Positions 1 through 11,885 of a stretch of 64,000 bases of DNA are shown here, piece after piece. The stretch's first letter is position 1; every line of letters starts with the position of its first letter. Source of the stretch: Owenia fusiformis (taxonomy: Eukaryota); assembly GCA_903813345.2 (NCBI GenBank), contig CAIIXF020000001.1, positions 40,920,001 to 40,984,000 of the forward strand, written 5' to 3'. Under the pieces are notes generated by a model. It did not search any database. It worked only from the letters and a program-made list of their open reading frames with translations, and was not told where the DNA came from. Position numbers and translations under genes: made by a program.

Positions 1-3000
1 TAACACAACAATGATTCTACTGCCATCTTCAAACTCTGCAACTACATTTTCTTTCTTCCACCCCTAGAAATAAATAAAAATTAAAATGATCATATATTTA
101 TTATGTCACTCATATAAAACATAATCACAAGCTACTTTAATATAGCCTATTACCCACAATGGTCAAACCTGACCGTACATCCATATTCAAGTATGTCCTC
201 TTTTTTTTCCAAGTCCATCATATTCAAGTCCATCATATTTACAAGTCATTTAGTGGAGCATAATTAATATTGTCTACTTTTTATAACTCTCCATCGCAAC
301 TTTTATACAATTTGTACTTACATTGAATTTCAGGACAGTTAACATTCTCTTGTGGAACTTTGAGTGGCTTGCTTCATCTGTAGGTTCACCTTGTGTATAT
401 CGCATATGACACGTGGGGCACTGGACTGCTCCTATGTTCTTTTGGCCTGCATCCTACAATATTAGTAGTTATTGATGGAATTATTAGCTTCAGTAGTTTA
501 CTTTGCAAAATATCATCCGATATCAAGGTCACTGGAGTTCTTTTCACGAAGTTTCAATTAAGGCCTTTAACGACGCACCAAAACTATGTTGCACAGTTCT
601 GAGGCCTTCGCCGGTGCTTTTCAGATTCTTAAACTGTTCAGTTTGGATATTGCAATTTTTTATTTAAGGAATAAATTATGATAGGCCATTCAATATGGTG
701 AAATTCAGCACGAGTTGGACAGAATGTTGTACAAAGCACGAACCGAAGGTGAGTGCATTTGTACTAACATTCTGTCCAACGAGTGTTGAATTTCACCATA
801 TTGAATGGCCTATCATTATTTATTCCGATTCAAACATAAAAATTAGTAAAAGCCGTGTCTGTGGAACGGGCATGAAGGAAGAATATGCATGCTGTCAAGA
901 TTCTGAAGTCGGCCGTAAAAATTTTAGAATTTGTTTGGGCTGTTCTATTTTACTCCCCGTTTAGATTTTATACGGTGTATGCAAACATGGGGTGTTGATA
1001 AAATAAAAATAAATAGTTACGGAGGGAGTAAAAAAGAACAGCTATCCCCGGACAGAGCCCCAGATGTGCAGCTGAGATGTGACGTCACTCAAAACAATGC
1101 AAATTGCAGATTGAATAGAGCATGGTCGTGCATCTATGGAGAATTAGAGAACGTTCTATATTGGCTATGCTGCATTCTGATTGGTTGAGAAATTCGAATA
1201 GAGCACGGTCATGTTTGAATATATTATTGATTAATTTAATTGTTTTATTCATTATTGTAATTTTGTCCAGGATTTTAGCATTAGATGATCCTGGTTCAAG
1301 GACTGGAGTTTGAATGACTTAATGGGAGTTGATTGAGGTAATCAGGCTTAGTTTTTACCAGTATATATTGCTCCATTCCATCTGTCTCAGGCTTCAGTTT
1401 AGACAGCCTGGTCAGCCTTGGGGATCGCTTTCCACTTCCAGCCTCAGATCCTTTGAAGGAGAATACACTATTCAATGGTGTCAATGGGGACATTGTAAGC
1501 TTGGTCCTGAAACAAAAACCATGTTTCAATGTTAAAAGTTATCGAATGATTTGAAGTGCAATACAGGATATATTCTGCTAGAGAAATGCTGAATCGTTCC
1601 TTAAGTTAAGATTTCCTTAATCCATTGTTCTTTATGAAGTCATTATAAGGGTTACACCAATTGATTTAGAAATTCTTTATTTGTTGAAAGTTTCTTTGGG
1701 CCTCTACTTAATTAAGTTTTTTTTTTTTATTTAAAGCCAATGTAGTTGTTGATGGTTAATGAAAAAATATAGGAAAATAATGAATACTAGTATTTCTTAC
1801 TGTCTCATCTTCAAGTGGCCTGGGCTGACAGGAGGTGTCCTATTGAACAGTGGAAAGTATTTCTTAGCATTCTCTCTGGGGCTATCACTTTTCACATCAG
1901 GGACACTGGGACTTCCATTTTTCGAACCAGAACTACTAAGACTATCACATTTCCCATTTGGGGTTCTGGGGCTTGATCGCTTGATAGATGAAACAGATGT
2001 CGCAGATTTTGGTGACGCATTCCTACTACTAAGAGAATTCACTTCTGATATTAAGGCGATTGAGTCACTTCCTCCTACACTGTTAGTGTCACTAAATAAT
2101 AAGGGGGTGTTTTGATCTATGTTGGCACTTGGTTCAGTAGTACTGGTGTCTATTCCCGAATCAGGTATATCTTTCATCTGCATATTTGGCCACTTCTTTT
2201 TCCAAGTTGGAGTTGAACCTTTTAATAAATTCAACCTCGTGGAATCTGGTTTTGGTGAGCTGAATTTGCTACTCAAGGTCTTTGGTTGAAATTTCAGATG
2301 AAACCCCTTCTTATTGACTACACTAGAAACATTTGATTTTTTGGAGTCATCACTGTTTGTGGATGGTGTTTTTCGCGATTTGAAAAATCGTTTTCCACCA
2401 CTAGAATCACATGGGGAAGCCTCCCCTGTTGGAGTTTCACTTTGCACAGGGGTCACACTGGTGATTTTGACTGGGGATACAGGTTTAATGTCAAAACCTC
2501 TAGCATTCCTTCTAACCTTTACAGGAGAGAGTGGTTTTACATTTAAGTTTAGTTTACGTCTCTTTGATGGTGTCTCTGCTAATTCAGAGTCCTTTTTTAT
2601 CACTTTGGAAATGTTTGTGTCATCTTTCATCAACTGTTGTTTTTGTGGGGAGTTTTCTTCATCTGATGAACTCCAATTTATATCACTGTCTTCTTCAACT
2701 TGAGCTAATATTTTAGAAGGAGTTAATTTTTGCACGGGTTTCACATTTAATTTTTGAGCCTTTGTTATCTTAACTTTGTTTTCTTCATCTTGTTTCTCTT
2801 GGCTTGCTTTAACATTTCGTCTTCCTTTGCCCTTTCTCATAGCTTGTTTAATTGTTCTTACTTTCACGACACTATTGATCTCATTCCTACTGGATAAAAC
2901 TGAAGAATCTGGTTTATTCCCTATCTTAGAAGTTGAAGTGCTAACTTCTCTGCTTCGACGTTTTCCAGTTGAGACCTCTACTTCTGAACTACTGGCTGAA

Positions 3001-3777
3001 GATTCTGGCGAACTGATACCCTCAGCTCTCATTTTGACATCTTGATGTTCAACAGGACTTAAATACCTCTTCTTACTAGTTGGTTTGTAAAAGGAACCTG
3101 TGTTAAAAGTAGGAGATACTTTTGTAGGCTTTTCTGGCACATTTTCTTTGATCTTACTTTCTTCTCTGGAGTGGCCCTTATTTGAGACTGCACTGTCAGT
3201 TTTGACAAAATCTAAAGATTTTTTACTGGAACTTTGTTTTTTCTTGAATGGAGATTTTGACTTTGAGGATGGAGGTGTTGATTTTTTCTTCCTCATAGGG
3301 GTCCTAGATTGTCCATGCATCTTATGTAGCCAGTCGATCACACTCCTGCAACAGATTAGTAAACAGTTAAAAACATAAAGGATATTATTTTTGGAGATCT
3401 TGAAGTTGGGCTATCATCTTGTTTGAAGAAGGCTGCTACTTAGTTTATCCAACGACGTATGTTAAACAAGGCATTAACATGCAAAATGTCTCCACATGTC
3501 ATTTGTTACATATGTTAACTACCAAACATCATTCAAAAGAAAGTTTGAGACCATATCAATTTGTCACCACTGTAGGTGGTGACATAAAAATTATGCTATT
3601 TTTTATGCTAAGGCTTTAACCTCTATTACATGTATGTGATTTGACCATTTTTCATTGTTATAAACCAAAGTGTGAAATTGTAGAAGTGTTAATATGTGAC
3701 ACTTACTGTTGTTTGGTTGTAGACATGTCTGCGCTGACAGCTAACAGCTGCTCATTTGGTAGAGCTGATGACATCAT
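1..3777 (-). CDS. ESCO2: Cohesin N-acetyltransferase ESCO2-like (Eco1 family), 3' part beyond window start
   Basis: Exons 3707-3777 (MMSSALPNEQ...), 1801-3345, 1359-1506, 322-453, 1-63, all GT-AG with compatible phases. Contains the PIP-like QYIL|DAGQK, the zinc finger CPTCHMRYTQGEPTDEASHSKFH and GWKKENVVAEFEDG, typical of ESCO proteins. N-terminal GSFY...YLSPVE and KYFPLF resemble ESCO2 motifs from recall. Probable non-coding first exon with donor near 4981. Confidence 0.92.
668..826. repeat. Palindromic (hairpin) core of a non-autonomous DNA element in an ESCO2 intron
   Basis: Arms ggaataaattatgataggccattcaatatggtgaaattc... and ...gaatttcaccatattgaatggcctatcattatttattcc are near-perfect reverse complements around an aaccgaaggtgag loop. 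Confidence 0.8.
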
Positions 3778-5019
3778 ACACTCTTGAATAGCAACTAAAA
3801 TTTAAAACAACATAATTTGACTCAAGTGCAAGCTCTGGAGAATTAACTATTTTTCAGAATATGATCTACAGAGTTGACCTTAATGGACTGTAATTTCAAA
3901 TTTCATGCTCACTTAAGTAACAGTATTTATTATTTAAGTGGACCGTTGAGATGCACCTTCCATAATCATTAACTGTGGCAGTCCTTAGAAATTCATTCAG
4001 AAATATTTAGGGAAGTTGATGTAGACATTTTTAATGACTCACTGACTGGATTTGCCAATTCAAAAAAGTTAGGTGAAGATATTTGCAAGTATAAAATAAA
4101 TGGCCACAACTTTTGGACTCTTAGAATGTAGCATATTAGGCCAGATTGAGGCCTTTAAGTACTTTAAGTTCATGGGCATAGCAAGAGGGGATGGTTCTTG
4201 GGGCTCGTGAGAAGCCCTCCGAAACTTCGCCTCGAACCCCCCTCAGTTATAAAACGAACCCCCTGCTAGGAACAACCCATTTTCTGGGGGAAACTCTAGG
4301 CTGGGTACGAAGCCCACTCTCAGAAAGTTCATTATTTTTGTGCGAACAATGAATAGCATGTAATTACTACATGTAGCTATTTGATGACTTAATATATTAT
4401 ATTCCGTAATTTGATTGGTTCATTTCTCAAACACCTTTCCTCTTCGCCTAGAGCACCCACCTTACGTTATAAAAGGAAACTACATAATCTAGTCAGAGAA
4501 AAAATAAAAAAACTCTCGAAAGCCCATGGTAAATCCTGGCTAAATGGCCCACCTAGAATAAGACCTACTCCTAGTCTACCCCCATAAATGTGAGGTTGAT
4601 TTTTCAAATCACACCCGCAACTGCTTTTGTATTGAAATTTGGGATTGAAAAACATTGTCAGTAGCCTAGGCCTAAAACTAAAAAGAGTTTGTTTTCGCCA
4701 TAGATCCCGGCAAGATTATTTTGTAGTAGAATCAGTAGCTCAATTAATTATTCTTTGAGCCTATGATCCTACTACAAAACAATCTGTCCAACATCTGTGG
4801 TTTTCGCAAAATTATTTCAATCCGGGATTTCAAAACACATTCAACATCACATTTATGAAGACCTAGTAGACACCAAAGAGCATAGGAAGATAATAAGCAG
4901 AAACGGTATAGAAGCTTTTTGATTTGTACAATTCTTTTACGCACAAGTTTTATCAGTAAACAGGTAAAAGACGAAACTTACCTGAAACTCACAAAATGCG
5001 CCAACAAATCTGAGATCAA

Positions 5020-5085
5020 ATCTTGGCGGGAATTGCCTCGTTTTCACAACGATTGGAACCGAGGCTGATGAAACCGGAAGTAAAA
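5020..5085. promoter_or_regulatory. Bidirectional promoter ESCO2/CCDC25 with E2F-like, CCAAT and ETS-like sites
   Basis: TTGGCGGGAA at 5023-5032 (E2F consensus), ATTGG at 5052-5056, CCGGAAGT at 5074-5081. These lie between the ESCO2 UTR-exon donor (~4981) and the CCDC25 ATG (5133). Confidence 0.55.
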
Positions 5086-5132
5086 AATTTCATGCATTTT
5101 TCAGAAAATATCAATATTTAGAGACTATCAGT

Positions 5133-8100
5133 ATGTTTTACTTTAAATGCAATAGTAAGTAAACTTTTATTTACATTTTCAAATCTGAGATGTTGTGTAG
5201 AAATTTTGAATAGTCGCGAAAATCATGTTTTTAGACTAAGATCAGATGTCGATCTCTTTTTTATTTTTTTATTTTTTTAGTCCCGCAATTTGCGTATTTG
5301 TCACGCATTTGCTGGAAAATTTGAAGTCACACCAGTTACTTTTGCGTGACAGAATCAAGGAAACCTGTATCAACACCTGACAGTGATATCTATTGGTGAC
5401 CAAACCCCAGAAATAACCCTTATCTCTTATATATGAGATGTATTCCCAGAGTTCTGTCACCAATAGATGTCACTATCAGGTGTTGATACAGGTTCCTGTG
5501 GACAGAATATGTCACGCAAATACGCCCCCCGTTGACTAGTGTTGTCGCGATTAATCGATACATCGCGATATACATGGCCAAAGCTGATTCTGGCGATGCA
5601 TCGATGTCTGAAACAAAACATCGATGTTTTAAAAAAAAATTAATCGGCTTAAAATCACCCTTTCTTATCTTATTTTGACGCAAATCGCTTACCTTTCTCA
5701 TGTCTTATCCAATGTTTTCTGATATTCTTTCGCTTTAAAACTGTTTTAGCTTGTCGAAATGAATCATTAATCTGAAAAAATTACTTTTACTTTCATTTCA
5801 CCGTTACTAGAAGTTCCGGGATGTACCACTGTACTCTTATTAATTTGTTCTGTTCGGTATTTTAGTACATTTGCGTTCGGTATTTCAGTGCACTTTTCTC
5901 GGACTTTTTCTCGATGTCAGTACATCGCGATGTGCATCGATGTTTGCGACTGAAAATTGCCGATGCATCGATGTACGATTATGGCACGTCGCGACAACAC
6001 TACCGTTGACAGAACGCGAGCATAGTGAGCGTGAAAAGTTTGAGGTGTCCAAAATTTATATAATTTGAACAGAGATCACGGTAGACGTTCGCCATTCGCC
6101 AATTGCGAATTTTCGAAAGAGGTGGCGAAAAATATGTAAAGGTATTTCGCAGTTATGGCGAATTAGAGGTGTCACGGTTTCCCGATATTGGACCGAATTT
6201 CGGTCCAGATGCTTCGGTTCGGGACATGGGACAGAAAGGGTTAATATCGGTACATAGATTCCTTCCCTAAAATGCATAAAAACGTGTATAAATAGCGAGG
6301 AACACCTCCGATTTCGTTCTGAAAAATTAAATATTTTCACTTACCTCGTACCTAGATTACACTTCTTTGCATTGAAAAGTGTTATTAACGGACCCGCGAT
6401 TTCAGGTAGATGGTAATGCTTGTTCGTAAATTTCTTCATCGTCGTTCGCAAATCGAGTGCATTATCAGTATGCCGGATGTAGGAAAGAAATTGAAAAATC
6501 GAGCCGGCATCTAAGTCGAAAAAGTCGGCAGTTTGGAAGTATTTTGGGACTCCGATATCACAAGGTAAACGAATTGGTGAAATTACACCATGCAGACTAT
6601 GTGAAATGCCGATCACATTCGCGGCAGATGCTTTACATTCAATTTTAATTGACGTTTTTTTATTTCTGAATATGATTTTGAAACTGAAAGTGAAACTGTC
6701 ATCATCAGACGTTGCATCATTTTTAATGTTCTGTCCTGTCCCGTCCCGAAAGGTCTTAGACCTTTTTTACAGTTTTTCAAAATGGCTAATTCATATTTTA
6801 GTTGGCTAAAAAAATTTTGGAAGATTTAGCCACAATGGCTAACAAGTTTTTTCAACTATCGTGATCTCTGAATTTGAACCAAGGTGCTCAAAATGTTGGC
6901 CAATGTGTTCAGATTTGGGCCAAGTTGTCTGTGGCCTCTTATAAACGTTTATTCTGGACATGGGCTTTCAATATTAGAAGGGTATGCAACTCTATGTAAT
7001 AACAGTAGACCTTAAAAATGAGCAATGCCATGATTCCTCTTTTATGGATAATATTTCAAAAAGGATTAGATAAATGTATATGTTTCAGTATTATTTCGAA
7101 TAAAAATCAATTTTCAATATGATTTAAGCACAAACTATGTTCAATCTCAGGTAAAAGTAAACAAAAAAGACCAATAAGAACATGGGCTTTCAACTTTAAT
7201 CAAAAGCCCATGATAAGAATAAGAGGTCTGTTATACAAAACCATAGAGCCCATGACAAAACATAACATGAAAAATGTTTTTTATTTTTAGCACACTGGTA
7301 TTGAGTCCCAGTTTGCCTTTTCACATGAACGTAAAGCTCTATATCTATGGCGAGATGTTGAATTTTTACAGTCAGAATTTCTGTACATCTATTAAATTAT
7401 GTTACAGTAAACCGTGCACATAGGAACATAACTCTTAATCTGCTCAAAAAACCAAGTACATGTACTGTAGTTCTATCATTTTTAACAAAGCTATTTTTGA
7501 AAGATGTAGGTTGTATTATTGTATCACCCTGTATGTTCCTTTGCTGTATGTTAACCCGAAAACTTTTTATACTTCCAGTTGTTAATCCACCCTATGACAT
7601 TTATGTTGGAGAGGATAAATATGAAAGTAAGTTCAGAACTACAGTATACATATACCTATGTTAAAGACCTTGCAGAAGTTGTACTTGGTACATGTACATC
7701 AATGAGTGAACAAACAAAAATATATAATACTGTGTGAGACATTGCATTTTCAAGAATATGATGTTTCATTATTCTGATATTTTGTAATAATCATGTTTCT
7801 GAAGAATTGATAATCTTAAATTCTTACATCATGAAACTGTTTGAAATCATTACATATTTATGATGTTTCAGATGAAGATCTACTGAAGTGGGCGTTCCCT
7901 GAAGATGTCTGGTTCCACGTTGATAAACTCTCATCTGCTCATGTCTACTTACGATTACATACTGTAAGTTTCTTCATCATTTAATAGGACATGCACATCC
8001 ACTGCATATGTGTAAACTCTAAGTGTAATGAGCCATATCCAAATACCAAGAAAATCGAAGGTGTCAGGTAGTGTGAATATCCATTTGTCATTTGCATTGA

Positions 8101-9997
8101 ACTTTTTTAGGCATCTTATCACATGAAGTTTACCTGCAAGCATTGTTTGAAAATGTTGATGAGAAATCCTGTAAAAAATCAAAATGGCTTATATGTTTCA
8201 AGATTGTATTGCTTAGTTGAATACATTTGTTGAAACATTGCATCAAATGAAGTGTATTGATCTGTCTTTTGTCAACACCTCATAGGATCATGTGAGCCAT
8301 ACTATTTTTTTTAAACTGAGACACAGGGCCTCACTTTAAATTGTCACCACTCTTTTGACTCAATCAAATACCAAAAAACTTTGTATCACTCTAAAATTCA
8401 AAGATCTGTTCTGAAATAATCTTCAAATATGCACAGAATTCTGTGTGGTTTCAATCAAAACTATCGATATATACTCCTCAGTTGACAAAAAAATTGTTTT
8501 CTATTTTCAGGGGGAAACTCTTGATGATGTTCCACATTCTGTCATAGAAGATTGTGCTCAATTAGTAAAAGCAAATAGTATTGCAGGTACATAAACATTA
8601 CATTTATTGTCAAAATAGCACTCTTAGAAGATTTTAAAATCAAAGGAGGGAAAGTATCGCAACAGATTTCAGACAGTCATATGTTTGATTTTGGCTAATT
8701 TCTGAGGATTTAAACAGGTGCACATGTTAGACCAATGCATTACTCCCAGGAAAAGCACTCCTTTTTTCTGAAATGTTTTCCTATCTGTGTCAGCTGTTTC
8801 CGATCTATGTCAGCTGTTCAAAATGTGTATTAAAATTGTCCCAAAAGTCCATAATTCACTCTTTTTATTACACTCCATTCAATGATCTGCTTAAAAACAG
8901 TTTATTTATTAAGTCACCACAGTAAGTTGTGACCTGTTTCCAACTTTTTTCTGGATGGTGTTCTCCGGTCAGCTTTCGATGTTTGTAAAAAATGGCAGGT
9001 GGTGACATTTTGCAAGTTAATGACTTGTTCCTGACTATTGTGGTGATTTTTGAAATATTACACTTATTATAATAATGATTTATTCATCTTACAGGAAATA
9101 AACAGAACAATGTTAATGTTGTATACACCATGTTTGAAAATCTCAAAAAGACTGCGGGTATGGATGTAGGCCAAGTAGGGTTCCACAAACAAAAACAGGT
9201 AAATTCAACTTAACCAAATGTCAGATAACAGTGACTTTTAACATTTTTTATTCCCAGACCATCTAAGGCTTTATAAATCAATCTAATACATACGATATAG
9301 TAAATATTGTTTCGTTTATTTTTTTGTCCTGGACACTTCTTCCACCTGATATATCCACCAGTCTACTAGGATTAATTGCTTAATTTCTTTCTCGCGATTG
9401 TATCTCATGAAATATTTTCAGGTTAGATCTATACTTGTGGAAAAAAGATTAAATGAAATTGTAAATAGATTAAATAAAACAAAGGAAGAAAGACATCCAA
9501 ACCTCCAAGAATTGAGAGAGGAAAGAGACAAAGCTGAGAGAGATGATAAGAAGGCAGTACTAAGAGAACAGAAGAAGCAAGAGAAGGAAGAAGCTGAAAA
9601 ACGTGAAAAAGAGGCAGAATTAAGGTATGTTCCCAGTGAAGTGATTCAACCTCAAAATAAAAGAGTAATAACATGTTACTTGGTTTACTTGAGTAGGATT
9701 TATTTATTTTAAAATGTGTGCTTTTCAGTGGGCATTTTTGGGTATACTTTTAGCTGACTATTTTCAAGGTTCCATTCTTAAATCTTGTATGAAGTCTCTC
9801 TCTTTCTGTTGTTTAAATTTGGTATTAGCTAACTACATGTAATTATAGTATGTATGGCTTGCATAAATTGATTTATGATTCAAGGGATTACCATATGGTA
9901 CCTATCCTTGTGTTTCAGGAGTTATGATAGACTGATGACATCTGATAGAATGACCACAAACCAGAATAATACAGACTTAGAGGATGATTTTATGTAA
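5133..9997 (+). CDS. CCDC25: Coiled-coil domain-containing protein 25 (NFACT-R/DUF814 family)
   Basis: Exons 5133-5154, 7579-7626, 7872-7963, 8511-8586, 9095-9198, 9422-9624, 9919-9997. Translation [52 protein letters not shown]...LVKANSI...MDVGQVGFH...EDDFM* matches CCDC25. Confidence 0.96.
5340..5521. repeat. Inverted repeat/hairpin of an interspersed element (host of the hAT insertion)
   Basis: aacctgtatcaacacctgacagtgatatctattggtgac pairs with gtcaccaatagatgtcactatcaggtgttgatacaggtt; outer tttgcgtgaca/tgtcacgcaaa. Confidence 0.7.
5537..6002. mobile_element. Non-autonomous hAT-like element (MITE), 466 bp
   Basis: Perfect TIRs TAGTGTTGTCGCGA/TCGCGACAACACTA, an exact 8-bp TSD CCGTTGAC (5529-5536 and 6003-6010), and subterminal ATCGAT repeats. 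Confidence 0.9.
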
Positions 9998-10618
9998 TCA
10001 TGGACTGTCAATTGATCTCAGAAAATCATGGGAATTCGTGGATTTAATAGTATTTACTATCGGCTTCTTTCCATCCACCATCACTTTTACATCCACGAGC
10101 ACTTGGTGTAACCTCGTCATGTGAAAACATTTTGGATAAAAACAACTTTCTATATCAGCTGCATACAAACACATCTGAGAATTTGATTAATTGGATCTGA
10201 TGCCACATATGAAATTATATTGTTCTTAGTGACCAGAGGAGATACCAATAACAGATGGACTGATGCCCTACTGGAAACATAAACTGATTGGAATATTGGG
10301 GAACATAACGCTGAAGAAAGTGATGTTCTAGGTGTTGACCAGATATTAACACTACTGTATTTATCAATGCCACTGTATTGGAAATGTGAAGGTTCTTAGA
10401 AAATACTCAAAAGTTATTCTCATTCCATCTTTGAGATGAGCAGTTACAAACTGCATCCAATTGTTATAATGGTACAAGGATTCTATCATTCTGTCATGAG
10501 AGAAAAGATGATTAATTAAAACAAGAGTGTATGACTAACACATCAATGCTGGAATTGTGCCCAAGTTTGAATCTATACAATCTGATTTGTGCACTAAATT
10601 GTACACCTATCTCAACTA

Positions 10619-10940
10619 CTGTAAGTTGCTTTAATTTGACTGCCGTTTTAATTTTGCGGATTGATAACAACTACCAAATTAAGTCTCCAATTTTTTAATA
10701 AATCCCCCCGGAGATTCCCTTGCAGGATAAAAACATTTTAAAATACCCCACTAGAATGTCAATATTGAACTATTTTCGAAGATCTACTTCAGGTTATTCC
10801 TTTGAAAAACGAGAGCATTAAATGCATCTTTGTATGAACCATTTCCGCATTTTACTGATGGGTGAATCTGCAAAATTAAATATCAGCCAAAATTTGACAA
10901 ATCCGCCAAATATAAAGCGCCAATTTAAAGCAACTTACAG
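10619..10940. mobile_element. Tc1/mariner-type MITE
   Basis: TIRs CTGTAAGTTGCTTTAA/TTAAAGCAACTTACAG flanked by TA on both sides. Confidence 0.75.
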
Positions 10941-11659
10941 TAACTAAAACCACCAACCCTCCTTGTTAAAATTTCAGGGAATTGGGACAAGTATACTTGA
11001 AAATCACTACACACTAAACAAACTTAATTTAAATTATGTGTAAAATTCAGTGCAACACATAATGCATTGTAACAGTATTCTTGATGATTGCTGTAATAAA
11101 ATGTTTACTTGTGCAATGAAAATTAACATTACAATATTTGTAATGAACATAAGAAAAAGGATTTTGAAAAATAAATATTAATTTTATTGAAAAATTCCTT
11201 TGGAATTTATTATATACAGTGTACATACATACAGACATGGAAGCTTTCAACAGTCAATATTTGTTTCATATTTCAAAACGGTGAATAATTGCAGAAATTT
11301 TAAGAATCAGTTTAACATTTTGTTGGCTATCTTGAGATGGCAAAATGTTACCAAACTGGTGTGGCTCATGAAGTAATACACATTAAGTATATGTAAGAAG
11401 ATTTGTGATATGAGTCTGCAGTTAGCTACACGATGTAAATAAAATATTACTGGCCAATTACATAAATAATGTCTATCTCTCCTTGTTTCAAAAGTTTAGT
11501 GAGATTTCATTATACAGCATTACACATTCAAATTCCTCACAATATGCTTCATGTGACATTTAAAAGGATGAATTCCTTGTTCCTCATGTGACTGAAAATT
11601 TTTTAGAAGGCTAGAAAATTATAATGGTATAATTTGAAGGTCACTTCCAAGTTAAGGCA

Positions 11660-11885
11660 CAGTAATATCACTGGGATATTCAATGCGGCACTATCACTTG
11701 ATCTTTTCTGATATTCTGGCAATATCACTTGATCCATTATGATATTCAATGTGGCAATATCATTTCATTCACTTTGATCTAGGTGCAGCAGACAAAAAAG
11801 TAAACCGCTTTGATAATCCACTTTGACATTCAACAAGGCAATATCATTTGATTCACTTTTATATTCAATGTGGCAATATTAGGCA
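11660..11885. repeat. Degenerate ~30-35 bp tandem repeat overlapping the SAMD15 stop codon
   Basis: About five copies of gatattcaatgtggcaatatcacttgat (~11676, 11710, 11741, 11826, 11861). Confidence 0.65.

Noticed and set aside
1759..3378. Plus-strand ORFs opposite ESCO2, and similar antisense ORFs at 48988-50125, 51332-51823 and 62353-62811
   Set aside because: These are antisense shadows of long low-complexity exons with no recognisable motifs.
6056..6648. Short ORFs suggesting a transposase remnant
   Set aside because: No DDE, tyrosine recombinase, RT or Rep/helicase motifs are recognisable.
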